Source of the DNA: Myxococcota bacterium
GTDB lineage: Bacteria > Myxococcota > JACRCW01
NCBI GenBank assembly: GCA_040752415.1
Contig: JBFMGU010000264.1
Location: 1-14,448 of the forward strand
Reading direction: 5' to 3'
DNA: 14,448 nucleotides
The notes beneath the pieces are model-generated. The model had not been told where the DNA came from and did no database searches. It saw only the letters and a program-made list of their open reading frames with translations. Positions 6,696 to 14,448 of the stretch are shown here, piece after piece; within the stretch, counting starts at the first letter, position 1, and every line of letters begins with the position of its first letter. The position numbers and the translations under genes were made by a program.

Positions 6696-8777
6696 TCACC
6701 AGACTTCGCAGCGGTTGGCGGCGGGCCGGACCATCTGCGCGTCGTCCTTGCACTGGAACGCATCCTTGAAGCTGGACAGCGAGGAGAGCGGGCCGTTGAC
6801 GCGCCAGCGCGGCGGGCTGTGGGGGTCGGTCTGGGCGCGGAGGCGGGCCTGCTCGTCGCGGTACTTGGAGCACCAGCTCTGCGCGTAGCCGTAGAAGAAC
6901 TGCTGCGCCGGCGTGTAGCGGAACTGCTTGAGGTCCTCCCGGTCCTTCGTCGCCGCGGTCATGGCCAGGAAGGCCAGCTTCAGCCCGCCCAGGTCCGCGG
7001 TGTTCTCGCCCAGGGTCAGCGCGCCGTTGATCTTGAGGTCGTCGATGGCGGTGTACCCGTCGTACTGGTTCTTCACGCACGCGGTGCGCTCCTCGAACGC
7101 CTTGCCACTCTCCGGCGTCCACCAGTCCGTCAGGTTGCCCTGCGCGTCGAACTTGCGACCCTCGTCGTCAAACCCGTGGGTGACCTCGTGGCCCACCACC
7201 ATGCCCATGGCGCCGTAGTTCACCGGCAGCGTGGCGTCCTTGTTGAAGAACGGCGGCTGCAGGATGCCCGCGGGGAACACGATCTCGTTCCACTGCGGGT
7301 TGTAGTACGCGTTCACCGTCGGCGGGGACATGAACCACTCATTGCGGTCCACCGGCTTGCCGACCTTGGCCAGGTCGCGCTTCACCTCGAACGCGCTGGC
7401 GTTGGCCACGTTGGCCGCGAAGTTGCCGCGCGCCACCTTGAGCCCCTCGTAACGACGCCACGCGTCCGGGTAGCCCACCTTGTTGACGATGGTCTTCAGC
7501 TTGGCCAGCGCGCGGTCCTTGGTGGGCTGGTCCATCCAGGTCAGCGTGGCCAGGTTCTCCTCGAACGCCTTCTCGATGTTGGCCACCATCTCGCGCGTGG
7601 TGGCCTTCCCGTCCTCACCAAAGTGCTTCTGCACGAAGGGCACGGCCAGCGCCTCCCCCAGGTACTCGTCGGTCCAGGCCACGCACTTCTTCCAGCGCGG
7701 CAGGTCCTCCTTGGCGCCGGTGAGCGCCTTGCTCTTGAACCGGAAATCCTCGTCGACGAACTCCTTGGGCAGGTACGGCGCGGCGTCGTGGAGGAAGTGC
7801 CACTGCAGGTAGGCCTTCAGCTCCGGAGCCTTGGTCGACTTGAGCAGCGCGCTCACCTTCTCCACGAACGGCAGGTGCGTGATGTTGAGGCTGGTGGCCT
7901 CGACGCCGCGGGCCTTGAGATACGCGGACCAGTCCAGGCTGCCGGCGGACTTCTTGAGCGCGGTGAGCTCGGTGGGGTGGTAGAGCTTGTGCGGATCCCG
8001 ACGGTCCACACGGGAGAGCGAGGCCTCCGCCAGCGCCTTCTCCAGCGTGAAGACAGCCTGCGCGTTCTTCTGCGCGTCGGCTTCCTTCTGGCCGGCCAGC
8101 ACCAGCATGCGGCCCACGTGCTCCACGTAGTCCTTGCGGATCTGTTCCGACTTCTCGTCGGGCTTCAGGTAGTAGTCGCGGTCCGGCAGGCCCAGTCCGC
8201 CCTGGTCCACCTCGGCAATGACCTTGCTGGAGTCCTTGAAGTCCACCGTCGAGGCGAACTTGAAGAACGGGTGCGCGCCCATGTTGTGCATGGCCACCAC
8301 GACGGGGAGCAGCGTCTTGGCGTCCTTGACCTTGTCGATGGCCGCGAGCTGCTCCTTGACGGTGGCGGCGCCGCCCTGCTGGTCCGCCTCATCCGTGCAG
8401 CTGCCGTAGAAGTCGCCCACCTCCTTGGCGTACGGCGTGCCTTCCACACCCTTGCCCGCGGCCAGCTCGTCCAGGATGGCGCGCAGGCGCTGCTCATTCT
8501 GCTGCATGACCTCCATGAACCCACGCGACCACACCGCGCGGTCCGCGGGGATCTCCGTGCGCGCGAGCCAGCCGCCGCAGGCGTGCGCGTAGAAGTCCGT
8601 GCAGGGGTCCACGGACGTGTCCATGATGCCCACGTCCACGCCGGGCGGCACCGGGAGCTCCTTGGGCGCTTCCTGCGCGGGGGCCGGGGCGGGTTTGGGT
8701 TCATCCTTCTTGGGCTCGGTGGACTTGCAGCTTGCCGCGACCGCCAGCGCGACCGCGAACCAGGATCCTCTACGCAC
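6696..8777 (-). CDS. M13 family zinc metallopeptidase (neprilysin/PepO/endothelin-converting enzyme-like), predicted lipoprotein
   Basis: Motifs VDPCTDFYAHACGGW, VNAYY, GHEVTHGFDD (HExxH), GENTADLGG and DPHSPPRWRVNG. GGAGG lies just before GTG 8777. Signal peptide MRRGSWFAVALAVAAS-C. Confidence 0.96.
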   Translation of the reverse strand: MRRGSWFAVALAVAASCKSTEPKKDEPKPAPAPAQEAPKELPVPPGVDVGIMDTSVDPCTDFYAHACGGWLARTEIPADRAVWSRGFMEVMQQNEQRLRAILDELAAGKGVEGTPYAKEVGDFYGSCTDEADQQGGAATVKEQLAAIDKVKDAKTLLPVVVAMHNMGAHPFFKFASTVDFKDSSKVIAEVDQGGLGLPDRDYYLKPDEKSEQIRKDYVEHVGRMLVLAGQKEADAQKNAQAVFTLEKALAEASLSRVDRRDPHKLYHPTELTALKKSAGSLDWSAYLKARGVEATSLNITHLPFVEKVSALLKSTKAPELKAYLQWHFLHDAAPYLPKEFVDEDFRFKSKALTGAKEDLPRWKKCVAWTDEYLGEALAVPFVQKHFGEDGKATTREMVANIEKAFEENLATLTWMDQPTKDRALAKLKTIVNKVGYPDAWRRYEGLKVARGNFAANVANASAFEVKRDLAKVGKPVDRNEWFMSPPTVNAYYNPQWNEIVFPAGILQPPFFNKDATLPVNYGAMGMVVGHEVTHGFDDEGRKFDAQGNLTDWWTPESGKAFEERTACVKNQYDGYTAIDDLKINGALTLGENTADLGGLKLAFLAMTAATKDREDLKQFRYTPAQQFFYGYAQSWCSKYRDEQARLRAQTDPHSPPRWRVNGPLSSLSSFKDAFQCKDDAQMVRPAANRCEVW

Positions 8778-8889
8778 GTGGCCTCCAGGAAAGTGTGTGG
8801 GGCTGCCCCATAGGGTTGCGGGCCGGGAAGGACAAGCCCTCACGCGCCACGTCGTGACCGACGCTCAAGTCTGGGAGCGGAGCCGGAGG

Positions 8890-8905
8890 CTTCATGTTTC
8901 TTCAC
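8890..8905. promoter_or_regulatory. Possible OmpR/CpxR-family binding site (direct repeat with 10-bp period)
   Basis: CTTCA at 8890-8894 and 8900-8904 reads GTGAA-N5-ATGAA on the minus strand, resembling the CpxR box GTAAA-N5-GTAAA. It lies ~85 bp upstream of the Spy/CpxP-like gene. Confidence 0.35.
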
Positions 8906-8990
8906 GCGGGTGACAAACCGAGGAAACAGCGGAGGCCCATCCTGCACGCACCAGGGACGACGAACCGTCCCGACGTCACGGAGGATACCG

Positions 8991-9446
8991 ATGAAGCGCA
9001 AGATGATGTGGGCCGCGGCAGGACTGGTGGGTTTCCTGGCGATCACGGGTTTCCGCGCCAGCTGGGGCGGGTGCGAGGGCCATGGTCACGGCGGACCGGA
9101 GCGGGCGGAGAAGTTCGTCACGTCCCGCATCGCCGACCACCTCGACGAGCTCAACGCCACCGACGAGCAGCGCACCCAGGTGCTGGCGCTGAAGGACGAG
9201 GTGTTCCGGGAGGCCAAGGACACGTTCACGGAGGGGCGGAAGGCCAAGGGTGAGCTGCTGCAGCAGTGGGACAGCGCCAAGCCCGACGCCAACGCGGTGC
9301 ACGCCCTCGTCGACGATCACCTGGACCGCATCCGCAGCATGGCGCACACCGTGGCCGACGCGGCCCTCAAGCTGCACGCCATCCTCACGCCCGAGCAGCG
9401 CGCCCAGGTGAGCGAGAAGATCCACGCCCGGGTGGACGCTCGCTGA
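8991..9446 (+). CDS. Spy/CpxP family (LTXXQ motif) periplasmic stress adaptor/chaperone
   Basis: GGAGGA RBS at 8980-8985. N-terminal signal peptide, then a helical protein with 'LNATDEQR' and 'ILTPEQR' motifs. Lies directly upstream of a two-component pair. Confidence 0.88.
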   Translation: MKRKMMWAAAGLVGFLAITGFRASWGGCEGHGHGGPERAEKFVTSRIADHLDELNATDEQRTQVLALKDEVFREAKDTFTEGRKAKGELLQQWDSAKPDANAVHALVDDHLDRIRSMAHTVADAALKLHAILTPEQRAQVSEKIHARVDAR

Positions 9447-9540
9447 CGCCATGGCAACGTTCTCTGGCATGAGCGGCACCATCGGGCGGGCGGCGTCGGC
9501 GGAGGGTGCGCCGGCGCTGCCGTGGGGTAGGATGCCGCTG

Positions 9541-10248
9541 GTGAACGCCGAGCCCACACTCACCGCGCTGATGGTGGAGGACGACGACCGCCTGGCGCGG
9601 CTCACCAGCGACTACCTCAAGAGCCACAACGTGGTGGTGACCGTGATTCCCGACGGGAACCGCGGGCTGGAGGAAGCGCTCAAGGTCCGTTACGACGTGG
9701 TGCTGCTGGACATCATGCTGCCCGGCCAGAGCGGGTTGCAGGTGTGCCGGGAGCTGCGCACGCGCTCCGACGTGCCGGTGATCATCCTCACCGCGCGCGG
9801 AGAGGAGGCGGACCGCGTGATGGGCCTGGAGCTGGGCGCCGACGACTACCTGGCCAAGCCGTACTCCCCGCGGGAGCTGCTGGCGCGCATCCGCGCGGTG
9901 GTGCGACGGGCCCGCGGCCAGACCGGTCCGGCCACGCGCGCCATCAAGCTGGGCTCCTTGCAGATCGACCCCGCGGCACGCCAGGCGGTTCTCGACGGAA
10001 AGGAGCTCCCGCTCACCAGCTACGAGTTCACGCTGTTGCGGGTGCTCGCGGAGCGTGCGGGACGGGTGCTCTCGCGCGAGCAGCTCATGGAGCTGGCCAA
10101 GGGCAACTCCGAGGAGTCCTTTGACCGTTCCATTGACGTGCACATCTCCCGGCTGCGCCACAAGCTGGGGGATGATCCCAAGAAGCCGCGACTGCTCAAG
10201 ACGGTGCGCGGCGCGGGCTACCTCCTTGCGGCGCAGGATGCGGACTGA
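9541..10248 (+). CDS. OmpR/PhoB-family DNA-binding response regulator (CpxR/BaeR-like)
   Basis: Receiver motifs MVEDD, VLLDIMLPG, ILTAR and GADDYLAKPY; winged-helix motifs LTSYEFTLL, RSIDVHISRLRHKL and KTVRGAGY. Start uncertain (9451, 9532 or 9541); 9541 gives a typical 235-aa protein. Confidence 0.95.
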   Translation: MNAEPTLTALMVEDDDRLARLTSDYLKSHNVVVTVIPDGNRGLEEALKVRYDVVLLDIMLPGQSGLQVCRELRTRSDVPVIILTARGEEADRVMGLELGADDYLAKPYSPRELLARIRAVVRRARGQTGPATRAIKLGSLQIDPAARQAVLDGKELPLTSYEFTLLRVLAERAGRVLSREQLMELAKGNSEESFDRSIDVHISRLRHKLGDDPKKPRLLKTVRGAGYLLAAQDAD

Positions 10249-11657
10249 TGCGGTGCAACTTCCCCCACGGGCCCCATCACACCCACGGTCGCAAGTTCTT
10301 CTGGCGCATCTACGCGCACGGCCTGCTGATGCTGGTGGCGGTGGGTGCGGCCATGGCGGCGTTGGCGGGTGCGTGGGGTCGGGGCGGTTGGTGGCATGAG
10401 TTTCCCAACCGGCTGGCGCTGTACATGACGGAGACGGTGAGCGCCTCCCTGCACGACGACGCGCGCGTGCAAGCCGAGCTGCAACGCATTGCGCGCACGC
10501 TGGGGATGGAGGCCACCATCTACAACCTGGACGGCACGGTGCGCGCCACCACCGTGGCTCCGCCGGTTCCCTCGCTGGAGGAATGCGAGCTGGACCGCCT
10601 CAGCTCCCACCGGCCCGTGCGCACCGGCGACATGCACTGGTTGGCCGCGGCGCCCGTGCGCAAGGACGGTCAGCTCGTCGGGTACCTGGCGTTCGGAAGT
10701 CGCCGGGAGTGGGGCGTGCCGGTGGTGAAGGCGTTGTCGGGGCTGCTGCTGGTGCTGCTGGTGCTGGCGCTGGTGTCCATCCCCGCCGCGCGCGCCATGA
10801 CCCGCCCGCTGGAGCGCGTGACCGCCACCGCGCGTGCGTTTGGTGAGGGAGACCTGGCCGCGCGCACCGGCATCCGCGGCGCCGACGAGGTGGGCGAGCT
10901 GGCGCAGGCCTTTGACGAGATGGCCGCGCGGCTGGAGCGGCTGGTGCTCAGCGAGAAGGAGCTGCTGGCCAACGTGAGCCATGAGCTGCGCACGCCCTTG
11001 GCGCGCATCCGGGTGGCGCTGGAGCTGGCGGCGGAGGGAGACGCGGAGACGGCGCGTCGCTACCTGCAGGAGGTGGGCAGCGACCTCTCCGAGCTCAACC
11101 AGCTCGTGGAGGACATCCTCACCGCGGCGCGCATGGACCTCGTCATCGGGCGACACTCCGCCGCGGAGACGCCGCTGCGTCGCACGCTGGTGGAAGGCGG
11201 GGACCTCATTGCGCAGGTGGCGGAGCGGTTCAAGAAGGCGCATCCCACCCGCACCCTCGTCGTGGACGTGCAGGAGCCGCTGCCCACCGTGGACGCGGAC
11301 CCCGCGCTGTTGCGTCGCGTAATCGACAACCTGGTGGACAACGCGCGCAAGTACTCCGACGGAGAGGTCACCGTGCGCGCCCGCGCCGTCGACGGCGAGC
11401 TGGTGGTGGAGGTGCTGGACCGCGGCATTGGCATGGAGCCCGATGACGTGGAGCGCCTGTTCACGCCGTTCTTCCGCACGGAGCGCAGCCGTGCGCGCGG
11501 CACCGGCGGGGTGGGCCTGGGATTGGCGTTGGCCAAGCGCATCGTCGAGGCCCACGGCGGCACCATCTCGGCGAGCAGCGAGCCCGGCAGGGGCACCACC
11601 ATCCGCTTCAGCGTGCCGGGCATCCTCGACGCCAACACCGGCGAAGCCGCGGCTTGA
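10248..11657 (+). CDS. Two-component sensor histidine kinase (2 TM, HAMP, HisKA, HATPase)
   Basis: HAMP (RPLERV...GDLAARTG...DEVGELAQAFDEM), H-box LANVSHELRTPL, N-box NLVDNARKY, G1 DRGIG, F-box LFTPFFR, G2 GGVGLGLAL. TGATG stop/start overlap with the regulator. Confidence 0.96.
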   Translation: MRCNFPHGPHHTHGRKFFWRIYAHGLLMLVAVGAAMAALAGAWGRGGWWHEFPNRLALYMTETVSASLHDDARVQAELQRIARTLGMEATIYNLDGTVRATTVAPPVPSLEECELDRLSSHRPVRTGDMHWLAAAPVRKDGQLVGYLAFGSRREWGVPVVKALSGLLLVLLVLALVSIPAARAMTRPLERVTATARAFGEGDLAARTGIRGADEVGELAQAFDEMAARLERLVLSEKELLANVSHELRTPLARIRVALELAAEGDAETARRYLQEVGSDLSELNQLVEDILTAARMDLVIGRHSAAETPLRRTLVEGGDLIAQVAERFKKAHPTRTLVVDVQEPLPTVDADPALLRRVIDNLVDNARKYSDGEVTVRARAVDGELVVEVLDRGIGMEPDDVERLFTPFFRTERSRARGTGGVGLGLALAKRIVEAHGGTISASSEPGRGTTIRFSVPGILDANTGEAAA

Positions 11658-11685
11658 GCGAACCGGCCGATTCCGCGTGAAGGCC

Positions 11686-11900
11686 ACTCCGCCCCAAAGG
11701 CAAAAGCGTTGGGGAGGGCGTGACGGGTGGGCACCGCTGGATACCCGCGCGCGGGCGGGTCCCCCTCCCGGGCCTCTTCAGACATGTTACTGTGTCACGT
11801 ATCATGTTTGAAGACGTCTCGGAGGACCCACCCCGCCGGCCCCGGTTGCCGCGGCTCTTCCGACGGCACCCTCCGTCCGCCCTCCCAACGCCTTTGGAGT
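11686..11900. repeat. Long imperfect palindrome (~215 nt) between convergent genes
   Basis: Nested arms: ACTCC 11686-90/GGAGT 11896-900; GCGTTGG(G)GAGGGCG 11706-20/CGCCCTCCCAACGC 11878-91; GACGG 11722-26/CCGTC 11873-77; CCGCG 11745-49/CGCGG 11850-54; GGGTCC 11757-62/GGACCC 11824-29; TCTTCAGACATG 11775-86/CATGTTTGAAGA 11803-14. Confidence 0.85.
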
Positions 11901-11928
11901 CCGTCGGGAGAAGGATGTCCGCCACCGG

Positions 11929-12789
11929 TCACTCCGCACACGCAACATGGAAGAGCGCCGATTGCCTCCCCTCGGACACCGTCCAGAACCCACCGGTGCG
12001 CGGGTCGTAGGCCATCGACTCCCCCTGGACTTCCCACGGGACGGGCACCGCCTCCCCGGACGCGTCCGCCACCGCGTCGATTCCGCCGGGGAGTGCGAAC
12101 TGCCACGCGCCACCGTAGGTGCGGAGCAGGAGGTGTTTTCCGTCGGACCAGAGGCTCGCGTCGGTGACGGCCGAGGGCAATCCCTCCACGTTGGCGGAGG
12201 TATCAACATTGCGCAGCGCGCGGAGCGTCTCCCCGGTCAGCGCGTCGAACCTGAAGACCCGCGTGGTTCCGTCGGTGCGCTTGGTGAACACCACCGGCAA
12301 CCCGCCCTCGTCGACCACCAGCGCCTCGGCATCCTGGGCTCCGTCGGGATAGCGCAGGGGAAAGCGTTCCGCTGTCACCTCGCGCTCGCGCGTCCCGGCC
12401 AACACCGGTTCCACCACGCGCAGCACCGCCACGTCGTCACGCTGGGCCAGGTTGTCGCCGACGTCGCCGATGAAGAGGCACTGCTCCGCGCCGCACGGTC
12501 CCAGCGCCAGCGCCTCCCAGTCCACATTGACCACGTCACGCAGCGTGAGACGCGCCACCACCCGCCCGCCGTGGTCCAGCCCGAACACCACCGGCGCCCC
12601 CCCGGAGTCCTCCACCGCCCACAGCACCCCCGGATTCCGCCGCGACGCCACCAGCCCGGAGACCTCGTCCAACTCGTCGGGGAGCGTGCCCATGACCTTG
12701 GGCGGGAGCCAGTGCGTGCAGGGCCGCGGCGGCTCCGGGCGAGCCTCACAGGACAGCACCAGCAGCAGGAACCCCAACGCCGCACGCAC
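11929..12789 (-). CDS. Conserved hypothetical lipoprotein, probable beta-propeller (phytase-like/SdiA-regulated-like)
   Basis: Signal peptide MRAALGFLLLVLS-C from GTG 12789. Motifs EVSGLVAS..NPGVLWAVEDSG, NVDWEALA, LFIGDVGDN, YPDGAQDAEAL and QGESMAY, typical of a widespread uncharacterised secreted propeller family. The fold and the start site are inferred. Confidence 0.75.
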   Translation of the reverse strand: MRAALGFLLLVLSCEARPEPPRPCTHWLPPKVMGTLPDELDEVSGLVASRRNPGVLWAVEDSGGAPVVFGLDHGGRVVARLTLRDVVNVDWEALALGPCGAEQCLFIGDVGDNLAQRDDVAVLRVVEPVLAGTREREVTAERFPLRYPDGAQDAEALVVDEGGLPVVFTKRTDGTTRVFRFDALTGETLRALRNVDTSANVEGLPSAVTDASLWSDGKHLLLRTYGGAWQFALPGGIDAVADASGEAVPVPWEVQGESMAYDPRTGGFWTVSEGRQSALFHVACAE

Positions 12790-12905
12790 GACGACACTCT
12801 CACCACCAGGCCCCACCCCGGCAAGTCCCGCCGGTCCCTGGACTTTGCGCCGGATTGTGGGAGCCTCCAGCCCTCGCGCAGGCACGCGCCGGGGAGGAGC
12901 CGCGG

Positions 12906-14201
12906 ATGGACAACGCGAAAAAGGTGTACGCGTGGGCGCTGTATGACTGGGCCAACTCATCCTTTGCCACGACGGTGATGGCCGGCTTCTTCCCGCTCTT
13001 CTTCAAGGAGTACTGGAGCCAGGGCGCCAACCCCACCGACAGCACCTTCAAGCTGGGCATGGCCAACAGCGTGGCCAGCGTCATCGTGGCGGCGATGTCG
13101 CCGGTGCTGGGCGCGATTGCCGACAAGGGCGGCGTGAAGAAGAAGTTCCTGATGTTCTTCACCGTGCTGGGCGTGGTGATGAGCGGCGGCCTGTTCTTCG
13201 TGGCGCAGGGAGCGTGGATGGCGGCGGCGGCGCTGTTCGTGCTGGCCTCCATTGGCTTCAGCGGCGGAATGTCGTTCTACGACGCGCTGATTGTCGACGT
13301 GGCGGAGGCCAGGAAGATGGACCTGGTCTCCGCCATTGGCTACGGCGCGGGCTACCTGGGCGGCGGGCTGCTCTTCACCTTCAACGTGGCCATGTATCTC
13401 AAGCCCCATCTCTTTGGCCTGGCCGACGGCGCGGAAGCCGTGCGCGTCAGCTTCATCCTCGTGGCGCTGTGGTGGGCGGTGTTCTCCGTGCCGCTTTTCC
13501 TGCTGGTCCCCGAGCCACGCGTGGAGCACGGACGCAGCATGGGGCAGCTGGCCATGGATGGTTTCCGCCAGCTCGGTGAGACCCTGCGCGTGATGGGGCG
13601 ACTGAAGACGTTGTTCACGTTCCTCGTCGGGTACTGGCTGTACATTGACGGCGTGGACACCGTGATCCGCATGGCGGTGGACTACGGGATGTCGCTGGGT
13701 TTTGACTCCAGTAGCCTGATTGTGGCGCTGCTCATCACGCAGTTCGTGGGGTTCCCCGCGGCCATCATCTTCGGGAAGGTGGGCGAGAAGCTGGGCTCCA
13801 AGACCGGCATCTACCTGGGCATTGGCGTCTACGTGGGCGTCACCATCTGGGGCTACTTCCTGCAGACGGTGGAGCAGTTCTACGGGATGGCGGTGGCCAT
13901 TGGCCTGGTGCAGGGCGGGGTGCAGTCGCTCAGCCGCTCCATCTACGCACGACTCATCCCGCAGACCAAGGCCGCGGAGTTCTTTGGCCTCTACAACATG
14001 CTCGGGAAGTTCGCGGCGGTGATCGGCCCCATGCTCATGGGCTGGGTGGCGCTGGCCACCGGCAACCCGCGGCACGGCATCCTCTCGATCATCATCCTGT
14101 TTGCGGCGGGGGGCGCGCTGCTCTGGTTTGTCGACGTGAGCAAGGGGGAGGCGGCCGCACGGGAGCTGGACGCGCAGGCCAACGCGCAGGTGTCCAACTG
14201 A
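12906..14201 (+). CDS. MFS transporter, Atg22/UMF1-like family
   Basis: GGAGGAG RBS upstream of ATG 12906. Motifs AWALYDWANSSFATTV, PVLGAIAD, FYDALI, GYGAGYLGG, LYIDGVDTVI, QSLSRSIYARLIP and EFFGLY. About 12 TM segments. Confidence 0.92.
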   Translation: MDNAKKVYAWALYDWANSSFATTVMAGFFPLFFKEYWSQGANPTDSTFKLGMANSVASVIVAAMSPVLGAIADKGGVKKKFLMFFTVLGVVMSGGLFFVAQGAWMAAAALFVLASIGFSGGMSFYDALIVDVAEARKMDLVSAIGYGAGYLGGGLLFTFNVAMYLKPHLFGLADGAEAVRVSFILVALWWAVFSVPLFLLVPEPRVEHGRSMGQLAMDGFRQLGETLRVMGRLKTLFTFLVGYWLYIDGVDTVIRMAVDYGMSLGFDSSSLIVALLITQFVGFPAAIIFGKVGEKLGSKTGIYLGIGVYVGVTIWGYFLQTVEQFYGMAVAIGLVQGGVQSLSRSIYARLIPQTKAAEFFGLYNMLGKFAAVIGPMLMGWVALATGNPRHGILSIIILFAAGGALLWFVDVSKGEAAARELDAQANAQVSN

Positions 14202-14203
14202 GG

Positions 14204-14435
14204 GGCTGGGTCAGGATAAGTTGCCCATCTGGTCCTGACCGCGTCCAGCGGACCACGACCTGGAGTGCGGCGGGCCCTCGCCGCCCTGGTCAACGTCGAG
14301 CGGTTTGGACAACCGTCAAGGGTCCACGCGCCTCGCCCGACGTCATGGAGCCCCAGGGCTGTTCGGCCCGTTGTGAACGCGCTCGGCGCTGGCCAGGGCG
14401 GCGAGGGCCCGCCGCACTCCAGGTCGTGGTCCGCT
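14204..14435. repeat. Dispersed intergenic repeat, copy 2: long inverted-repeat element (MITE/REP-like)
   Basis: Perfect 43-bp inverted repeat at 14247-14289/14393-14435. It extends inward at 10/13 (14290-14302/14380-14392) around a 77-nt centre. Homologous to 608-752. The right boundary may be affected by the window end. Confidence 0.92.
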
Positions 14436-14448
14436 CACGACGTCTGCA

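Noticed and set aside
11644..11655. Perfect 12-bp palindrome AAGCCGCGGCTT at the end of the kinase gene
   Set aside because: It lies within coding sequence, is GC-rich and is a single instance, so it is compatible with chance.
11775..11814. AT-rich inverted repeat considered as a dif (XerC/D) site
   Set aside because: dif needs 11-bp arms around a 6-bp spacer. Here the spacer is 16 bp and the match to TTATGTTAAAT is weak.
11608..12209. Short ORFs spanning the 11.7-kb palindrome
   Set aside because: Pro/Arg-rich translations that overlap real genes, with no coding signature.
14209..14240. 8-bp hairpin after the MFS stop considered as an intrinsic terminator
   Set aside because: It has a 16-nt loop and no U-tract, and it lies within the repeat element, so it was not called as a terminator.
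14204..14448. Considered as a CRISPR array or a bona fide retron ncRNA
   Set aside because: The repeats are inverted, not direct with spacers. There is no cas or reverse transcriptase gene in the window and no long msd-type hairpin between the arms.

Overview
This is a very GC-rich bacterial window. It looks Myxococcota-like (inferred from the Cys-rich lipoprotein, several lipoprotein hydrolases and codon usage). It holds 12 CDSs, one of them 5'-truncated: a UPF0104/LPG-synthase-TM membrane protein, a DUF2267 protein with a repeated tail, a 6-TM class III adenylate cyclase, a Cys-rich lipoprotein, a GH13 alpha-amylase lipoprotein, an M13 metallopeptidase lipoprotein, a Spy/CpxP-OmpR-type regulator-histidine kinase module, a putative beta-propeller lipoprotein and an Atg22/UMF1-like MFS transporter. 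The proteins are mostly ordinary families. The unexplained signal is in the three long spacers that follow stop codons. (i) 380-613 folds into a ~234-nt rod with a central bubble, with G-U wobbles strongly biased to the + strand; it is a candidate structured ncRNA with 6S-like architecture. (ii) A dispersed, non-coding repeat family has copies at 608-752 and 14204-14435; the latter carries a perfect 43-bp inverted repeat, and both begin with GGCTG 1-2 nt after a stop codon (MITE/REP-like). (iii) An unrelated ~215-nt imperfect palindrome lies at 11686-11900. No transposase, reverse transcriptase, tRNA, rRNA or CRISPR array was seen. All family calls come from motif recognition by eye, not from database searches.
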